DNA from: Mobula hypostoma
Lineage: Eukaryota
Direction of reading: 5' to 3'
DNA: 64,000 nucleotides
NCBI RefSeq assembly: GCF_963921235.1
Contig: NC_086097.1
Span: 182,592,001-182,656,000 of the forward strand
Both the position numbers and the translations under genes were made by a program. The notes beneath the pieces were generated by a model. The model made no database searches. It was not told the origin of the DNA and worked only from the letters and a program-made list of their open reading frames with translations. Positions 1-13,189 of this stretch are shown here, piece after piece (the first letter of the stretch is position 1; each line of letters opens with the position of its first letter).

Positions 1-1410
1 GGGAGGGAGAGATACTGGTAATGGGGGAGGGAGAGAGAGATACTGGGTATGGGGGGAGGGAGAGGGATACTGGGAATGGGGAGGGAGAGAGAGATACTGG
101 GAATGGGGAGGGAGAGATACTGGGAATGGGGGAGGGAGAGAGATACTGGGAATGGGGGAGGGAGAGAGATACTGGGAATGGGGGAGGGAGAGATACTGGG
201 AATGGGGGAGGGAGGGATACTGGGAATGGGGGAGGGAGAGATACTGGGAATGGGGGAGGGGGAGAGATACTGGGAATGGGGGGAGGGAGAGAGATACTGG
301 GAATGGGGAGGGAGAGAGATACTGGGAATGGGGAGGGAGAGAGAGATACTGGGAATGGGGAGGGAGAGAGATACTGGGAATGGGGGAGGGAGAGAGATAC
401 TGGGTATGGGGGGAGGGAGAGAGATACTGGGAATGGGGGAGGGAGAGAGATACTGGGAATGGGGGAGGGAGAGAGAGATACTGGGAATGGGGGAGGGAGA
501 GAGATACTGGGAATGGGGAGGGAGATACTGGGAATGGGGGAGGGAGAGAGAGATACTGGGAATGGGGGAGGGAGGGAGAGATACTGGGAATGGGGGAGGG
601 AGAGATACTGGGAATGGGAGAGGGAGAGAGCGATACTGGGAATGGGGGAGGGAGAGAGATACTGGGTATGGGGGGAGGGAGAGGGATACTGGGAATGGGG
701 AGGGAGAGAGAGATACTGGGAATGGGGGAGGGAGGGAGAGATACTGGGAATGGGGAAGGGAGAGAGATACTGGGAATGGGGGAGAGAGAGATACTGGGAA
801 TGGGTGAGGGAGAGATACTGGGAATGGGGGGAGGGAGAGAGATACTGGGAATGAGGGAGGGAGAGATACTGGGAATGGGGAGGGAGAGAGATACTGGGAA
901 TGGGGAGGGAGAGAGAGATACTGGGAATGGGAGGGAGATAGATACTGGGAATGGGGAGGGAGAGAGATACTGGGAATGGGGGAGGGAGAGAGATACTGGG
1001 AATGGGGGAGGGAGAGAGATACTGGGAATGGTGGGGAGGGAGAGAGATACTGGGAATGGGGAGGGAGGGAGAGATACTGGGAATGGGGGAGGGAGAGAGA
1101 GATACTGGGAATGGGGGAGGGAGAGAGAGATACTGGGAATGGGGGAGGGAGAGAGATACTGGGAATGGGGGAGGGAGAGAGAGATACTGGGAATGGGGAG
1201 GGAGATACTGGGAATGGGGGAGGGAGAGAGAGATACTGGGAATGGGGGAGGGAGAGAGATACTGGGAATGGGGGAGGGAGAGAGAGATACTGGGAATGGG
1301 GAGGGAGAGAGATACTGGGAATGGGGAGGGAGAGAGAGATACTGGGAATGGGGGAGGGAGAGAGATACTGGGTATGGGGGAGGGAGAGAGATACTGGGAA
1401 TGGTGGGGAG
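1..1410. repeat. G/A-rich minisatellite, unit about 26-31 bp (GGGAGGGAGAGAGATACTGGGAATGG)
   Basis: Dozens of tandem copies are visible directly. It produces spurious stop-free ORFs in all three + frames. Confidence 0.97.
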
Positions 1411-1681
1411 GTAGTAAGAGTTTACAGAGTCAGGCATGAGATAGAAGGGGTGGGGAAGACGGTAAGAGATGGGGAGCAGCTTTTCAGACAGGAACAGAAA
1501 ATGGAGAGGGAGTTGAGCAAAAAGAACAGTTCTGGATCTTGGCGAGTGGGGGAGCGTGGCCGGAGCCGGAGAGGGATGGAGCCTCACGAACACAGCGCAG
1601 ATCTGTGGTAAACACCAAGAGTATGGTTGGAGGAGGAGGAAAGGCCAACTCCGCGCTCCAGGAGAGATGAACTACGTCAGC

Positions 1682-1683
<2 letters not shown>

Positions 1684-1723
<40 letters not shown>
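1684..1723. repeat. (TG)n microsatellite followed by a G-run
   Basis: Read directly from the sequence. Confidence 0.95.
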
Positions 1724-1726
<3 letters not shown>

Positions 1727-1809
1727 GGGGGGGGGAGGGGCAGAATGTAAAGTGAGGGATGGGGTTGGGGGAGAGGGGGGAGTGAAAGCACGGGATAGAA
1801 AGAGATAAG

Positions 1810-3060
1810 TGGGGAGAAAGAATGTCAGCTCTGAAAACAGTCCTTTCAGCCCAATTTGTCTGTGCTGAACAAACTGCCCGTGTAAGATAATCCCACTTAT
1901 ATCAGTCTAACCCTCTCCTGTCCAAGTGTTTTTTTTTAATGTGCCTACCTCTACCACTTCCTCTGGCAGCTCGTCCCATATATCCACCAGCCTCTGTGTG
2001 AAAATCTTGCCCCTCTCCTCTCCTTTAAAACTTTCCCTTCTTACCTTAGATCTGTGTTCTTTGTTTTTGGCTCTCCTAACCTTGGGCCACTCACCTCATC
2101 GATTTTACAAACCTGGAATCTTAGAGCTATACAGCACAGATACAGGCTATTCGGCCCAATCAGACTATGCTAACTACAGTGCCCATGCAGCTAGTCCCAG
2201 CCCCCAGCATTCAGCCCAAATCTCTCTAAACTCTGCCACCCCCCAGGACATCCTCTGACTGTTTTGATTGCTGATTCAAACGACACATTTCACTGTATGT
2301 TTCGATGTACATGTGACAAACAAAGCTAATCATTATCTTTATCTTTAAATGACCAAGCTTGGCCATCCTCTCCCGAAAACTCAGGTCCTCTAGTCCTGGC
2401 AACATCCTCATAAATCTTCTCTGCACTATTTCCAGTTTAAGTCCATCTTTCCTATAACTAAAACAGTCGATAGTACTCCAAGTGTGGCCTCGCAGACGAC
2501 TTGTACAACTGCATCATCATATCGCAGGTCCTATATGAAGTGCCCTGACTGCTGAAGGCCCTTTTCACCACCCTGTCTGCCTGTGACACTGGTTTCAATG
2601 AGCCATGTACTTGTACTCCTCGGTCCCTCTGTTCCATTACACTCCCCAGTGCCCTGACATTCACAGTGTGTCCTACACTGGTTTGACTTTCCAAAATACA
2701 TCAGTTCACACTTATCTGTGTCGAAATCCATTTGCCCCTCCTTAGTCCATTTGCACAATTTATCAAGATCCCCATGTAATCCATGATAACCGTCTTCACT
2801 GTCAACACCTCCTAATTTCACTGTCAACAACACCGCCTAATTTCATGCCATCCACAATTTTACAGACTGAGCCTTGAACCCCATTCACATATACAAACAA
2901 AGGTCCCAACACTGCCCCTGCTGCACACCACAAGTCATGGTCTCCATTCTGAGAAACAACCTTCACCGCCACCCTCTCCTTCCTGCCTCCCAGCCAATTT
3001 TGAATCTACTTAACAAATCTCCCTGGATTCCACAGGACTCAATGTTCCAAACCAGCTGAT
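1810..3060 (-). mobile_element. CR1-type LINE ORF2 3' fragment (degenerate)
   Basis: Minus-strand peptides QRRFMRMLPGLEDLSFRERM, ARPHLEYY and WTKEGQMDFDTDKC match the CR1 RT C-terminus. Confidence 0.8.
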
Positions 3061-3569
3061 CTGCCCCTCACCTCCCTCTGCCCCAGTGCCTGCCCCGCCC
3101 TGCCATCTTAAACTGTCTGACCCCTCTGTTTGCCCCCGCCTTGTCCACTCCTTCTGTCCCTCCCCCTCCCTTCATGGTCTGTGTCTGTATAGCCACCTTG
3201 CACCCCCCCAACCCCTCCAACCCCCCCCTCGCCCCCGGGCTCGGATGCAAGAGCAGGAGCTCCCTGTGCTCTTGCTGTGTGACTATGCTGAGGGAAGCTG
3301 CTGAATAATGCAGGTCCCACTCTGGGCCACTCTGCAGACACAGGTAGGAGTGCAGTAAATATTTTAACAAGGTTGTAGAGGAGATTGTGCCGAGAGCCCT
3401 TGGGGAAGGGGCGACATTCAAACCCTACTCTCAGATATCGCTGTCTGACACGCTTCAGTGACAGCGCGTCACTTACCATCCGAGTGTGCAGAGTGTTGGA
3501 GCAGGAGATAGATCACTGTTCAAATGCCAGACACAGCACAGTAAGCCCCCTCCACTGTCTATACCACTC

Positions 3570-4060
3570 AACACCCCTCTATACCGTCCCATCACATACT
3601 GCCTCCCTTTATACTGTCCCATCGCACACTCCCTCCCTCTACACCGTCCCGTCACACACTCCCTCCCTCTACACCGTCCCGTCGCAAATTCCCTCCCTCT
3701 ACACCGTCCCGTCGCACACTCCCTCCCTCTACACCGTCCCATCGCACACTCCCTCCCTCTACACCGTCCCATCGCACACACTCCCTCCCTCTACACCGTC
3801 CCATCGCAGACACTCCCTCCCTCTACACCGTCCCATCGCACACTCCCTCCCTCTATACCGTCCCATCGTACACTCATTCCCTCTATATCATCCCATTGCA
3901 CACTCACTCCCTCCCTCCTGTCCCATTGCACACTCCCTACCGTCCCATCCCTCCCTCCACACCATCCCATCGCGCACTCCCTCCCTACCGTCTCATTGCA
4001 CACTCCCTACCTCCCTGTTATCCCATCGCACAATCCCTCCCTCTATACCTTGCCATGACA
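3570..4060. repeat. 30-bp C-rich minisatellite (CACACTCCCTCCCTCTACACCGTCCCATCG), left part
   Basis: Tandem copies visible; translates to (HTPSLYTVPS)n. Confidence 0.93.
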
Positions 4061-4079
4061 CACTGCCTTCCTCAACGTT

Positions 4080-4910
4080 ACAATAGATACTTTTAATGTC
4101 AGAGAAATGTACATAATATACATCCTGAAATTCTTTTTCTTCGCAAACATCCATGGAAACAGAGGAGTTCCCCAAGGAATGAATGACAGTCAAAGCTTTA
4201 GATCGCCAAAGCCCCCCAACCCCCCCCAACTCCCCCCTCCCACGCACAAGCCCCAGCGAGGGAACGACCCCCACCAGCAAAAATGCATCAGCACCCTCTA
4301 CCGAGCACCGAAGTGTGTAGCAAAGCATTAATAAAGACCCAGACTCGCAGTACCCCAAACATTAATTGTTCACCTGATAATTCGACATACCACAGTGTGT
4401 GTGTCTCTCCCCCCTCCCCCCAGGGGAAAAAGACGTGTCCCCGTTTCACAGTGAGAGAGGAGACATGACAAACAACTCGGTAATTTACAATATTAAAAGT
4501 CTGCAGCGTCGCTTTTTCCGAGCTCTGTGCCCAGAGAGTCGGCACCAAAAAGCCGCAGCTCTCTAGACGCACGACGCGCGGCAGCTAACCTGCTGCTCCC
4601 AATGTTCTGTGTTCTCCTGTGAGGCTTCAGTCGGGGGCATCGGTCAAGAATTAACTTGTCCCCAGAGCCACGAAATCCCAGAACCCTGAAGGCGCACACA
4701 TCTTCCATGATATCACTGGGATATCAAAAAGCAGCCGGTCATGAGGCCCTGAGAGCAGGTACACATTCCCACAGAGCGTAACCTGTGGTCAGGGTCTTCG
4801 AAAGAACCCCCCACACACTGAAAAGGTGAAAAAAAAGAGATATCAAACACAGAAATAGAGCTGTTTCTGAAGAGCAAGCAAAGGAGTCGTCGTTTTGCAC
4901 CATCTTTCTT
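4080..4910 (-). mobile_element. Unclassified interspersed repeat, about 830 bp, interrupting the minisatellite
   Basis: Its left end (ttttaatgtcagagaaatgtacataatatacatcctgaaattc) recurs at about 29950-30015. The same 30-bp array flanks it on both sides. Confidence 0.6.
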
Positions 4911-4924
4911 CTATACTGTCCAAC

Positions 4925-6760
4925 ACACACTCCCTCCGTACTATCCCATCTCACACTCCCTCCCTCTATACCATCCCAATTCACACCCCCTCCATCCATA
5001 CCATCCCATCACACACTCCCTCCCTCCATACCGTCCCATCTCACACTCCCTCCCTCTATACCAACCCATCACACACTCCCTTCCTCCATACCGTCCCATC
5101 TCACACTCCCTCCCTCCATACCATCCCATCTCACACTCCCTCCCTCCATACCAACCCATCACACACTCCCTCCCTCCATACCGTCCCATCTCACACTCCC
5201 TCCCTCCATACCGTCCCATCACACACTCCCTCCCTCTATACCAATCCATCACACACTCCCTTCCTCCATACCGTCCCATCTCACACTCCCTCCCTCTATA
5301 CCATCCCATCACACACTCCCTCCCTCTATACCATCCCATCACACACTCCCTCCCTCCATACCGACCAATCGCGCACTCCATCCCTCCATACTGTCCCATC
5401 TCACACTCCCTCCCTCCAAACCAACGCATCTCACACTCCATCCCTCCATACCGTCCCATCTCACACTCCCTCCCTCCAAACCGACCCATCTCACACCCCC
5501 TCCCTCCATACCGTCCCAACATACACTCCCTCCCTCTACACAGTCCATCATACACTCCTTCCCTCTGTACCGTCCCATCACACACTCCCTCCCTCTATAC
5601 AGTCCCATTATACACTATCTCCCTCTATACAGTCCCATCATACACTCCCTCTCTTTATACAGTCCCATTATACACTCCCTCTCTCTAAGGAGTCCCAGTA
5701 CACACTCCCTCCCTCTATACAGTCCCATTATACACTCTCTCCCTCTATACAGTCCCATTACACACTCCCTCTCTATACAGTCCCATCACACACTCCCTCC
5801 TGCTATACAGTCCCATCATACACTCCCTCCTTCTATACAGTCCCATCTCACACTCCCTCCCTATACAGTCCCATCTCACACTCCCTCCCTATACAGTCCC
5901 ATCTCACACTCCCTCCCTATACAGTCCCATCACACACTCCCTCCCTCTATACAGTCCCATTATACACTCCCTCCCTCTATACCGTCCCATTATACACTCC
6001 CTCTCTTTAAGGAGTCCCAGTACACACTCTCTCCCTCTATACAGTCCCATTATACACTCTCTCCCTCTATACAGTCCCATTATACACTCCCTCTCTCTAT
6101 ACAGTCCCGTCACACATTCCCTCCTGCTATACAGTCCCATCATACACTCCCTCCCTCTATACAGTCCCATCTCACACTCCCTCCCTATACAGTCCCATCA
6201 CACACTCCCTCCCTCTATACAGTCCCATCTCACACTTCCTCCCTATACAGTCCCATTATACACTCCCTCCCTCTGTACCGTCCCATTATACACTCCCTCT
6301 CTTTAAGGAGTCCCAGTACACACTCTCTCCCTCTATACAGTCCCATTATACACTCCCTCTCTCTATACAGTCCCATTATACACTCCCTCTCTCTATGCAG
6401 TCCCATTATACACTCCCACCCTCTATACAGTCCCATCACACACTCCCTCCCTATACAGTCCCATCACACACTCCCTCCCTCTACACAGTCCCATTATACA
6501 CTCCCTCTCTCTATACAGTCCCATTATACACTCCCTCTCTCTATGCAGTCCCATTATACACTCCCACCCTCTATACAGTCCCATCACACGCTCCCTCCCT
6601 CTATACAGTCCCATCACACACTCCCTCATCTATACCATTCCATCACACACTCCCTCCCTCCCAACTGTCCCATCACTCCCTCACTGCTGTGCCATCACTC
6701 CCTCCCTCCTATCCCTTCACTCCCTCTCTCACTCCTGTCCCATCACTCCCTCCCTGCCTA
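4925..6760. repeat. 30-bp C-rich minisatellite, right part
   Basis: Same unit family as 3570-4060; explains ORF 4895..6010 and its neighbours. Confidence 0.95.
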
Positions 6761-6789
6761 CTGTCCCGTAGCACACCCTTCCTCTGTCC

Positions 6790-7435
6790 CTCCCTCTATG
6801 CTAGCCAGCAAATCTTTCCTGCAAACCTATGTGTTCTTATCTTGTTCAGCAGACTCATGTGTGGCACCTTGTCAAATCCCTTCTAAAAATCCAAGTAAAC
6901 AACATCTTGCCTGTTATTTCCTGATAGAATTCCAGCAGATTGGGCAGGCATGATTTCCCCTTAAGGAAGCCTTGCTGACTTTGGCCGACTTTATCATGTG
7001 CCTCAAATGCTCAGAAACCTCAGCTGTAACAGTGGACGCCAAGATATTCTCAACCACAGAATTCAGGCTAACTGGCCTATAATTTCCATGCTTCTGCCTC
7101 CCTTTCTGCTCAAAGAGTGGAGTAACATTTTCAATTTTTCAATCCAGTTGAACCATTCCATAATCTAGTGATTCTTGAATGATCATTATTATTGCCTCCA
7201 GTCTCTTCAGCTCCCTCTTTCAGAACCCTCGGGTGTATTCCATCTCATCCAGGTGACTTATCTACCTTCAGACCTTACACTTTCCAACTACCTTCTCCTT
7301 AACAGTGGCAACTACATTCACTTCTGCCCACGACATTCGAATTTCTGACATACTGCTAGTGTCTTCCACAGTGAAGACTGATGCAAAATACTTATTAAGT
7401 TCATCTGCCATTTCACTGTCCCCCATTACTACCTC
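6790..7435 (-). mobile_element. CR1 LINE ORF2 internal fragment
   Basis: Peptide EMADELNKYFASVFTVEDTS on the minus strand. Confidence 0.8.
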
Positions 7436-7774
7436 AAATATTAATGAGATTAACATTAAAGGTGCGTAATTGTTGGTATGGATATGATGGATCGAAGTGC
7501 ATTTGCTGGGCTCAGGGAAGACACAGAGCAAATCTCCCCATCTGAGGAGGTTTTTATAGCGATTCACAGACTCCCAGCTCCCCTGGCAGAATGCATGTGA
7601 AGTTCGCGGGGGGGAGCTTGTGTACCCCAGTGTGAGAGGCTGTAGCCCATGAATACCTGTGTGGCAGGATCATTATCGGGGCAGTGGTGTAAGGTGAGGT
7701 CGCTCCCTGTGTGAAGGTGTGCAGAAGGCTGAGGTGGGGTCCCAAACCAGGCAATGATGTGCAGGAGGGACAAT

Positions 7775-8490
7775 GGTGGGATTATTACCAGCAATGGTGT
7801 ACAGGAGGGAGTACGGTGGGATTATTACCAGCAATGGTGTACAGGAGGGAGTACGGTGGGATTGTTACTGGGGAATGGTGTACAGGAGGGAGTACAGTGG
7901 GATTATTACTGGGGAATGGTGTACAGGAGGGAGTACGGTGGGATTGTTACTGGGGAATGGTGTACAGGAGGGTGTACAGTGGGATTATTACTGGGGATTG
8001 ATGTACAGGAGGGAGTACGGTAGGATTGTTACTGGGGAATGGTGTACAGGAGGGAGTACGGTGGGATTATTACTGGGGAATGGTGTACAGGAGGGAGTAC
8101 AGTGGGATTATTACTGGGGAATAGTGTACAGGAGGGAGTACGGTGGGATTATTACTGGGCAATGGTGCACAGGAGGGAGTACGGTGGGATTATTACTGGG
8201 GAATGGTGTACAGGAGGGAGTACAGTGGGATTATTACTGGGGAATAGTGTACAGGAGGGAGTACGGTGGGATTATTACTGGGCAATGGTGCACAGGAGGG
8301 AGTACGGTGGGATTATTACTGAGGATTGGTGCACAGGAGGATGTACGGTGGGACAATTACTGGGGATTGATGTACAGGAGGGTGTACGGTGGGACAGTTA
8401 CTGGGGATTGATGTACAGGAGGGAATACGGTGGGATTATTACTGGGCAATGTTGTATAAAATGACATACGGTAGTATTACTACCAGCAAT
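7775..8490. repeat. 41-bp minisatellite (GGGGAATGGTGTACAGGAGGGAGTACGGTGGGATTATTACT)
   Basis: Tandem copies visible, ending about 130 bp upstream of the exon 2 acceptor. Confidence 0.95.
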
Positions 8491-8623
8491 GGTGGGGTCT
8501 TTCCCAGAGTGTTGCTGCACAGAGGGTTTGTGGTGATTGGTGTCAGGGTGAAGTGTGCACTGTCTGCTCCATTCTCCTCTTTACTCTTGGTTTGCGGCTC
8601 CAACCCTTCCCCTTTGCTCCTAG

Positions 8624-8854
8624 ATTGCAAGTTCATCATTGGCAATGCTCGCGTGAGCAACTGTGCCATCATCTTCTGCAATGATGCCTTTTGTCAGATG
8701 TGCGGGTACTCGAGGGCAGAGGTTATACAGAAACCCGGTACCTGTGACTTCCTGTACGGCCCACGGACCAAGCGATCGGCCACTGTCCAGATCACCCAGG
8801 CCCTTCACAGCTCTCAGGGATGGAAGGTGGAGCTGCTGCTCTATAGGAAGGACG
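8624..8854 (+). CDS. KCNH2: KCNH2/ERG1 exon 2 (PAS/eag domain)
   Basis: ctcctag|AT...GACG|gtgaga; 231 bp, phase 1-1. Encodes [46 protein letters not shown]...YRKDG, matching the ERG PAS domain. Confidence 0.95.
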
Positions 8855-9899
8855 GTGAGAATTCAGGCAAACTTCCAGGGCTGCTGGCATTTTGGGAACT
8901 GTGAGTGAACAGAGAAGGTGGGTAAGGATACAACAGTGGTGGGTATTCATCTTTATCACAGGAGACCGCAGGTGATGGAGGAACTCGGCAGGTCAGGTAG
9001 CGTCTGTGTGGGAGGGAATAGACAGTCAACATTTCAGGCCGAGACTTTTCATCTGGACATGTGTAGGGTAGACTGTCTCTGTCTTCCCATAGGTTCTGTC
9101 TGACGCACTGCGTTCCTCCAGCACTTTGTTCTGAGGAACCACGGTGAATGTGTGCAGAGAGATGGTGGAGAACAGAAACAAGGGGAACCATTCAGATCAC
9201 TGGAGCAGGGCTGGGATTTGTTTCATGGCAATGACCGGGACCAGAAACACACCACGGTCTCCATTTGCTCGGAGGTCAGAGGTCCAGGGAGCAGGTCCTG
9301 GAAGTCCATTGACAAAGAGACATAGAAATGGGAAATTTATTTCAGAAGCAGGTCTCACTAGCTGGTGTAAATATCACGTTTTCCTAGAGTGTGACTGTAA
9401 TTGGATATGGCAACCATGGGTGGTACAAGTGCAGAGGGACTGGCCACAGGCGCTCCTCAGAATTGAGATGAGGGGAAACTCCTTCACCCAGGACCTCTGG
9501 ATGAGGCTTCTGTGGTGGCTTGGGCACTTGGTTCAAAGTCCAATGGAATTTTGGACCTTGTGGAAATTGAGTGACCTTGGGATACTGGTGCTGAATCAAA
9601 ATCAGATTTATGTCATGAAATGTGTTTTTGTTTCGCAGCAGTACAACACAATACAAAGAGAATTACCAAAAGTTACAATAAAATAATATTAAAAAAAGGT
9701 AGTGAAAAAATGAGCAATATAGTAAGGTAGTGTTCATGGACTGCTCAGAGATCTGATGGCAGAGAGGAAGAAGCTCTTCCAAAAACGTTGTGTGTGTGTC
9801 TTCAAGCTGACCGTATTGTCCAGCAGGATTGTCTCATGTTTGGCATGTAACCCTCTGAACTTTGCCTATCTAGATGGCTTTTAAAAGTTGCTTATGTGC

Positions 9900-10630
9900 T
9901 TCCCCCGGCAACTATAGAGATAAACTTCTTGATAAAGTTGGTAACCCTCTTAAAATCAGTAGTAAAAAGCCTGGGTGTTATCCTTGATTCCGACTTGAAT
10001 TTTAAACCCCACAGAAAGAAAGTGACCAGAGCAGCATTTCTACACTTAATAAATATTGCGAAGGCATGTCTCTTTCTGTTATGTAATGATGCTGAAAAAC
10101 TAACTCATGGCTTTACATTGAACAGACTAGATTTCTAGTGGCCTTCCAAGAGAACCTATTGACAAACTTCATCTTATTCAGAATGCCACTGCCAAACTTT
10201 TAACTAAAACCAGACCGAGGGAGCCTATCACTACTGTTCCAACTACTCTTCACTGGTATCCTCTATCTTTTAGAAATAATTTTAAAGTTCTCATACTTAT
10301 TTTTAAAGCTCTCAATGGTCTGACACTGGAGTACATCACAGAATTGCTTTCACCTTATAAACCTGCTCAAGTTCTCAGGTTTTCTTCTGCCAGTTTCTAA
10401 TATTTAAACTATTTCCCTCAAAAGAAAATTGGCATGTCTGCTTTTTCTAACTATTTCCTGAACTGTGGAACTCAATACCTACAACTAAAAGGGATGCAGG
10501 CGAGGTTGATACTTTTAAACACCAGCTCAAAATCTATTTATTTAACCTTGCCTTTAACCTTTGTCCCATCGTAAAGCACCTTGAACTACCTTGTTTGTAT
10601 GAAAAGTGCTCTACAAAGAAGTTGTTGTTG
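9900..10630 (+). mobile_element. L2-type LINE 3' fragment
   Basis: KSLGVILDSDLNFKPH...DAEKLTHGFTLNRLDF resembles the L2 RT C-terminus; short (TTG)n tail near 10621. Confidence 0.75.
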
Positions 10631-10659
10631 TGATAGCAGCCAGAAGTTTTGGTACATAT

Positions 10660-12900
10660 TGGTACCAATAACATGGGTGGGAAAAGGGAGGAGGTCCTGA
10701 AAAGAGAATTTAGGAAGCTAGATATTAAGTTGAAAAGGACCTCCAGGACAGAAATCTCTGGACTGCTGCCTGTACCATGTGCTAGTTAGGGTGAGAATAG
10801 GATGATTTGGCAGATGAATGCGTGGCTGAAGAACTGGCACAAGGGGCAGGACTAAGATTTCTGGATCATTAGGACCACTTCTGGGGAAGGTACGACCTGT
10901 ACAAAGGGGATGGGTTACACCTGAATCTGAGAGGGACCAATATCCTTGTGGACAGGTTTGCTAGAACTGTTGGGGAGGGTTTAAATTAATTTGGCAGGGG
11001 GATATGAAACTAAGTGATAGGGCTGAGGATGGGGCAGTGGGTATAAAAGCAGAGGCAGTGTGTAGTGAGACTGTGAGGAAGGACAGGCAGATGGCAAGGC
11101 AAAATTGCAGCCAGTGGACTCAGTTGCAGAGTAACGGGAGACAAAATCAAAAAGGGAGATGAATACAGAACTGAAGGTGTAATATTTGAATGCACACAGT
11201 AGATGGAATAAGGTAGATGATTTTGTAGTGCAGTTAGAGATTGGCAGGTATGATGTGGGCATCACTAAGTCATGGCTGAAAGAAGATTATAGTTGGAAGC
11301 TTAACATCCAAAGAAATACATTGTTTCAAAAGGACAGGCAAATAGACAGAAGGGGTGGTGTGAATCTGCTGGTAAAAAGATGAAATCAAATCCATAGGAA
11401 GAGATAACGTAGGATCAAAAGATGTAGAATCGTTGTGGGTAGAGTTAAAGAACTGCAAAGGTAAAAAGGCCGTGATGGGAGCTATATACAGGCCTCCAAA
11501 CAGTGGCCAGGGTGCGGGTTACAAATTACAATGGGAGATAGAAAATGCATGACAAAAGGCCAATGTTATGATTTCAATATATAGGTAGACTGGGAAAATC
11601 AGGCTGGTGCTGACTCTGGATTCCGAGAGGGAATTTGTAGAATGCCTGTGAGATGGCTGTTTAAAGTTGCTTGTGGTTGAGCCCACCAAGACAGGGGTCC
11701 CCAACCTTCTTTGCACTGCAGACTGGTTTAATATTGACAATATTCTTGCGGACCAGCTGACGGGGGGGTGTTCAAGTAGGGTTAAACTCACCTCAACATG
11801 TCTTTTACAGTTAGGGTTGCCAACTTTCTCACTCCCAAATAAGGGACAAAAGTAGCAGTCAAATTCTGGGACACTTTACCCCAGGAAAGACTACCATGAC
11901 CATGAAACCTTGCGCGGGCACCTGTGTGCGCAGGCGTGACGTGCGCATGTGATGTGCGCATGCGCGTACGTGCCGATTTCTACTTTATATAGGCTGTGTA
12001 TTTATCATATCATTCCTGCTTTTACTATACATTAGTGTTATTTATTTTCGGTTTTATGTGTTATTTGGTATGATTTGTTGGGTTATTTTTTGGGTCTGGA
12101 AAAGCTCAAAAATTTTTCCCATATAAATTAATGGTAATTGCTTTTTCTCTTTACGCCATTTCGGCACGAAAGGTTTCATAGGAACGCTCTACCTTAGCAG
12201 GGGAAATACGGAACAAACCAATTTAGCCCAATATACGGGATGTCCTGGCAAGTATGGGACAGTTGGCAACCCTATGTTCAAGTTCAACAGTGCATGACAG
12301 GGAATGAGGAAAGGTGCAGCTGACTCGTATTGTTTCCTCACAGCCTGCTAGCACATGCTTTGCTGCCCGGTACCGGTCCGTGGCCTGGTGGTTGGGGACT
12401 GCTGCACTAGGGGATCAACTATTCTGGATTGGGTGTTGTGTAAAGAACCAGATTTGATTGGGGGGGCTTCAGATAAAGGAATGATTAGGAGATAATGATT
12501 ATCCTGCAATTTGAGAGGGAGAAGCTAAAGTCGGATGTACTGGTATTACAGTGGAGAAAAGGGATTAATAGATCATGAGAGAGGAGCTGGCCAAAATTGA
12601 TCAGAAGGGGACACTAGCAGGGACGATGGCAGTACAGCAATGGCTGGAGTTTCTGGGAGCAATTTGGAAGGCACAAGATACATACATCCCAAAGAAGATG
12701 TAGCATTCTCAAGATAGGATGACACAATCGTGACTGACAAGGGAAGTCAAGGACACCATAAAAGCAAAAGAGAGGGTATTATTATATAATATAGCAAAAA
12801 TTAGTGGGAAGTTACATGATTGGGAAGCTTTAAAATCCAAACAAAAGTAAACTAACAAAGCCATAAGGAGGGAAAAGATGACATATGAAGGTCTTGACCA
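10660..12900 (+). mobile_element. CR1 LINE relic (ORF1 end and ORF2 endonuclease), interrupted by hAT MITEs
   Basis: NAHSRWNKVDD...YDVGITKSWLKED and YRPP-like endonuclease motifs. Confidence 0.78.
11692..12404. mobile_element. Non-autonomous hAT-like DNA transposon with a second element nested inside
   Basis: Termini CAGGGGTCCCCAACC ... GGTTGGGGACTGCTG with a degenerate 8-bp TSD (caccaaga/cactaggg). The inner element at 11777-12274 is flanked by a perfect TGTTCAAG duplication. Confidence 0.8.
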
Positions 12901-13189
12901 CTTAGTCTTGTTTGCTCCAGGAAAACAGTCCTAGTCTGTCCTGTCTCTCCTGATAACTCGAACCCCCGGTCATGGTAACGTTCTCCTGACTTTTTTGCAC
13001 ACTTTGCAGCTCAGTTACATCCTTCCTTATAGCACGCAGTATTCTAAATGTGGTCACAGTCATGACACATGTAACATGATATCCTGCATTCCATTCCCTA
13101 ACTGATAAAGGCAAGCTTGACAAATGCCTTCTTTACCACCCTGTCTACCTGTGTCACCAATTCCAGGGAACTGTGCACCTGTACATACG

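Noticed and set aside
21..1611. Long ORFs of 160-420 aa at the window start
   Set aside because: Translations of a stop-poor minisatellite, open in all three frames.
3240..3350. CpG-containing patch ending in CAG|GTAGGA as a candidate KCNH2 exon 1
   Set aside because: The frame compatible with exon 2 has an upstream stop and no ATG, and there is no similarity to the PAS-cap.
3385..6953. His/Thr/Pro/Ser-rich mucin-like ORFs
   Set aside because: Products of the 30-bp tandem repeat, with no splice or domain support.
7711..8490. Regularly spaced repeats resembling a CRISPR array or repeat protein
   Set aside because: Head-to-tail 41-bp minisatellite with no unique spacers, in eukaryotic DNA.
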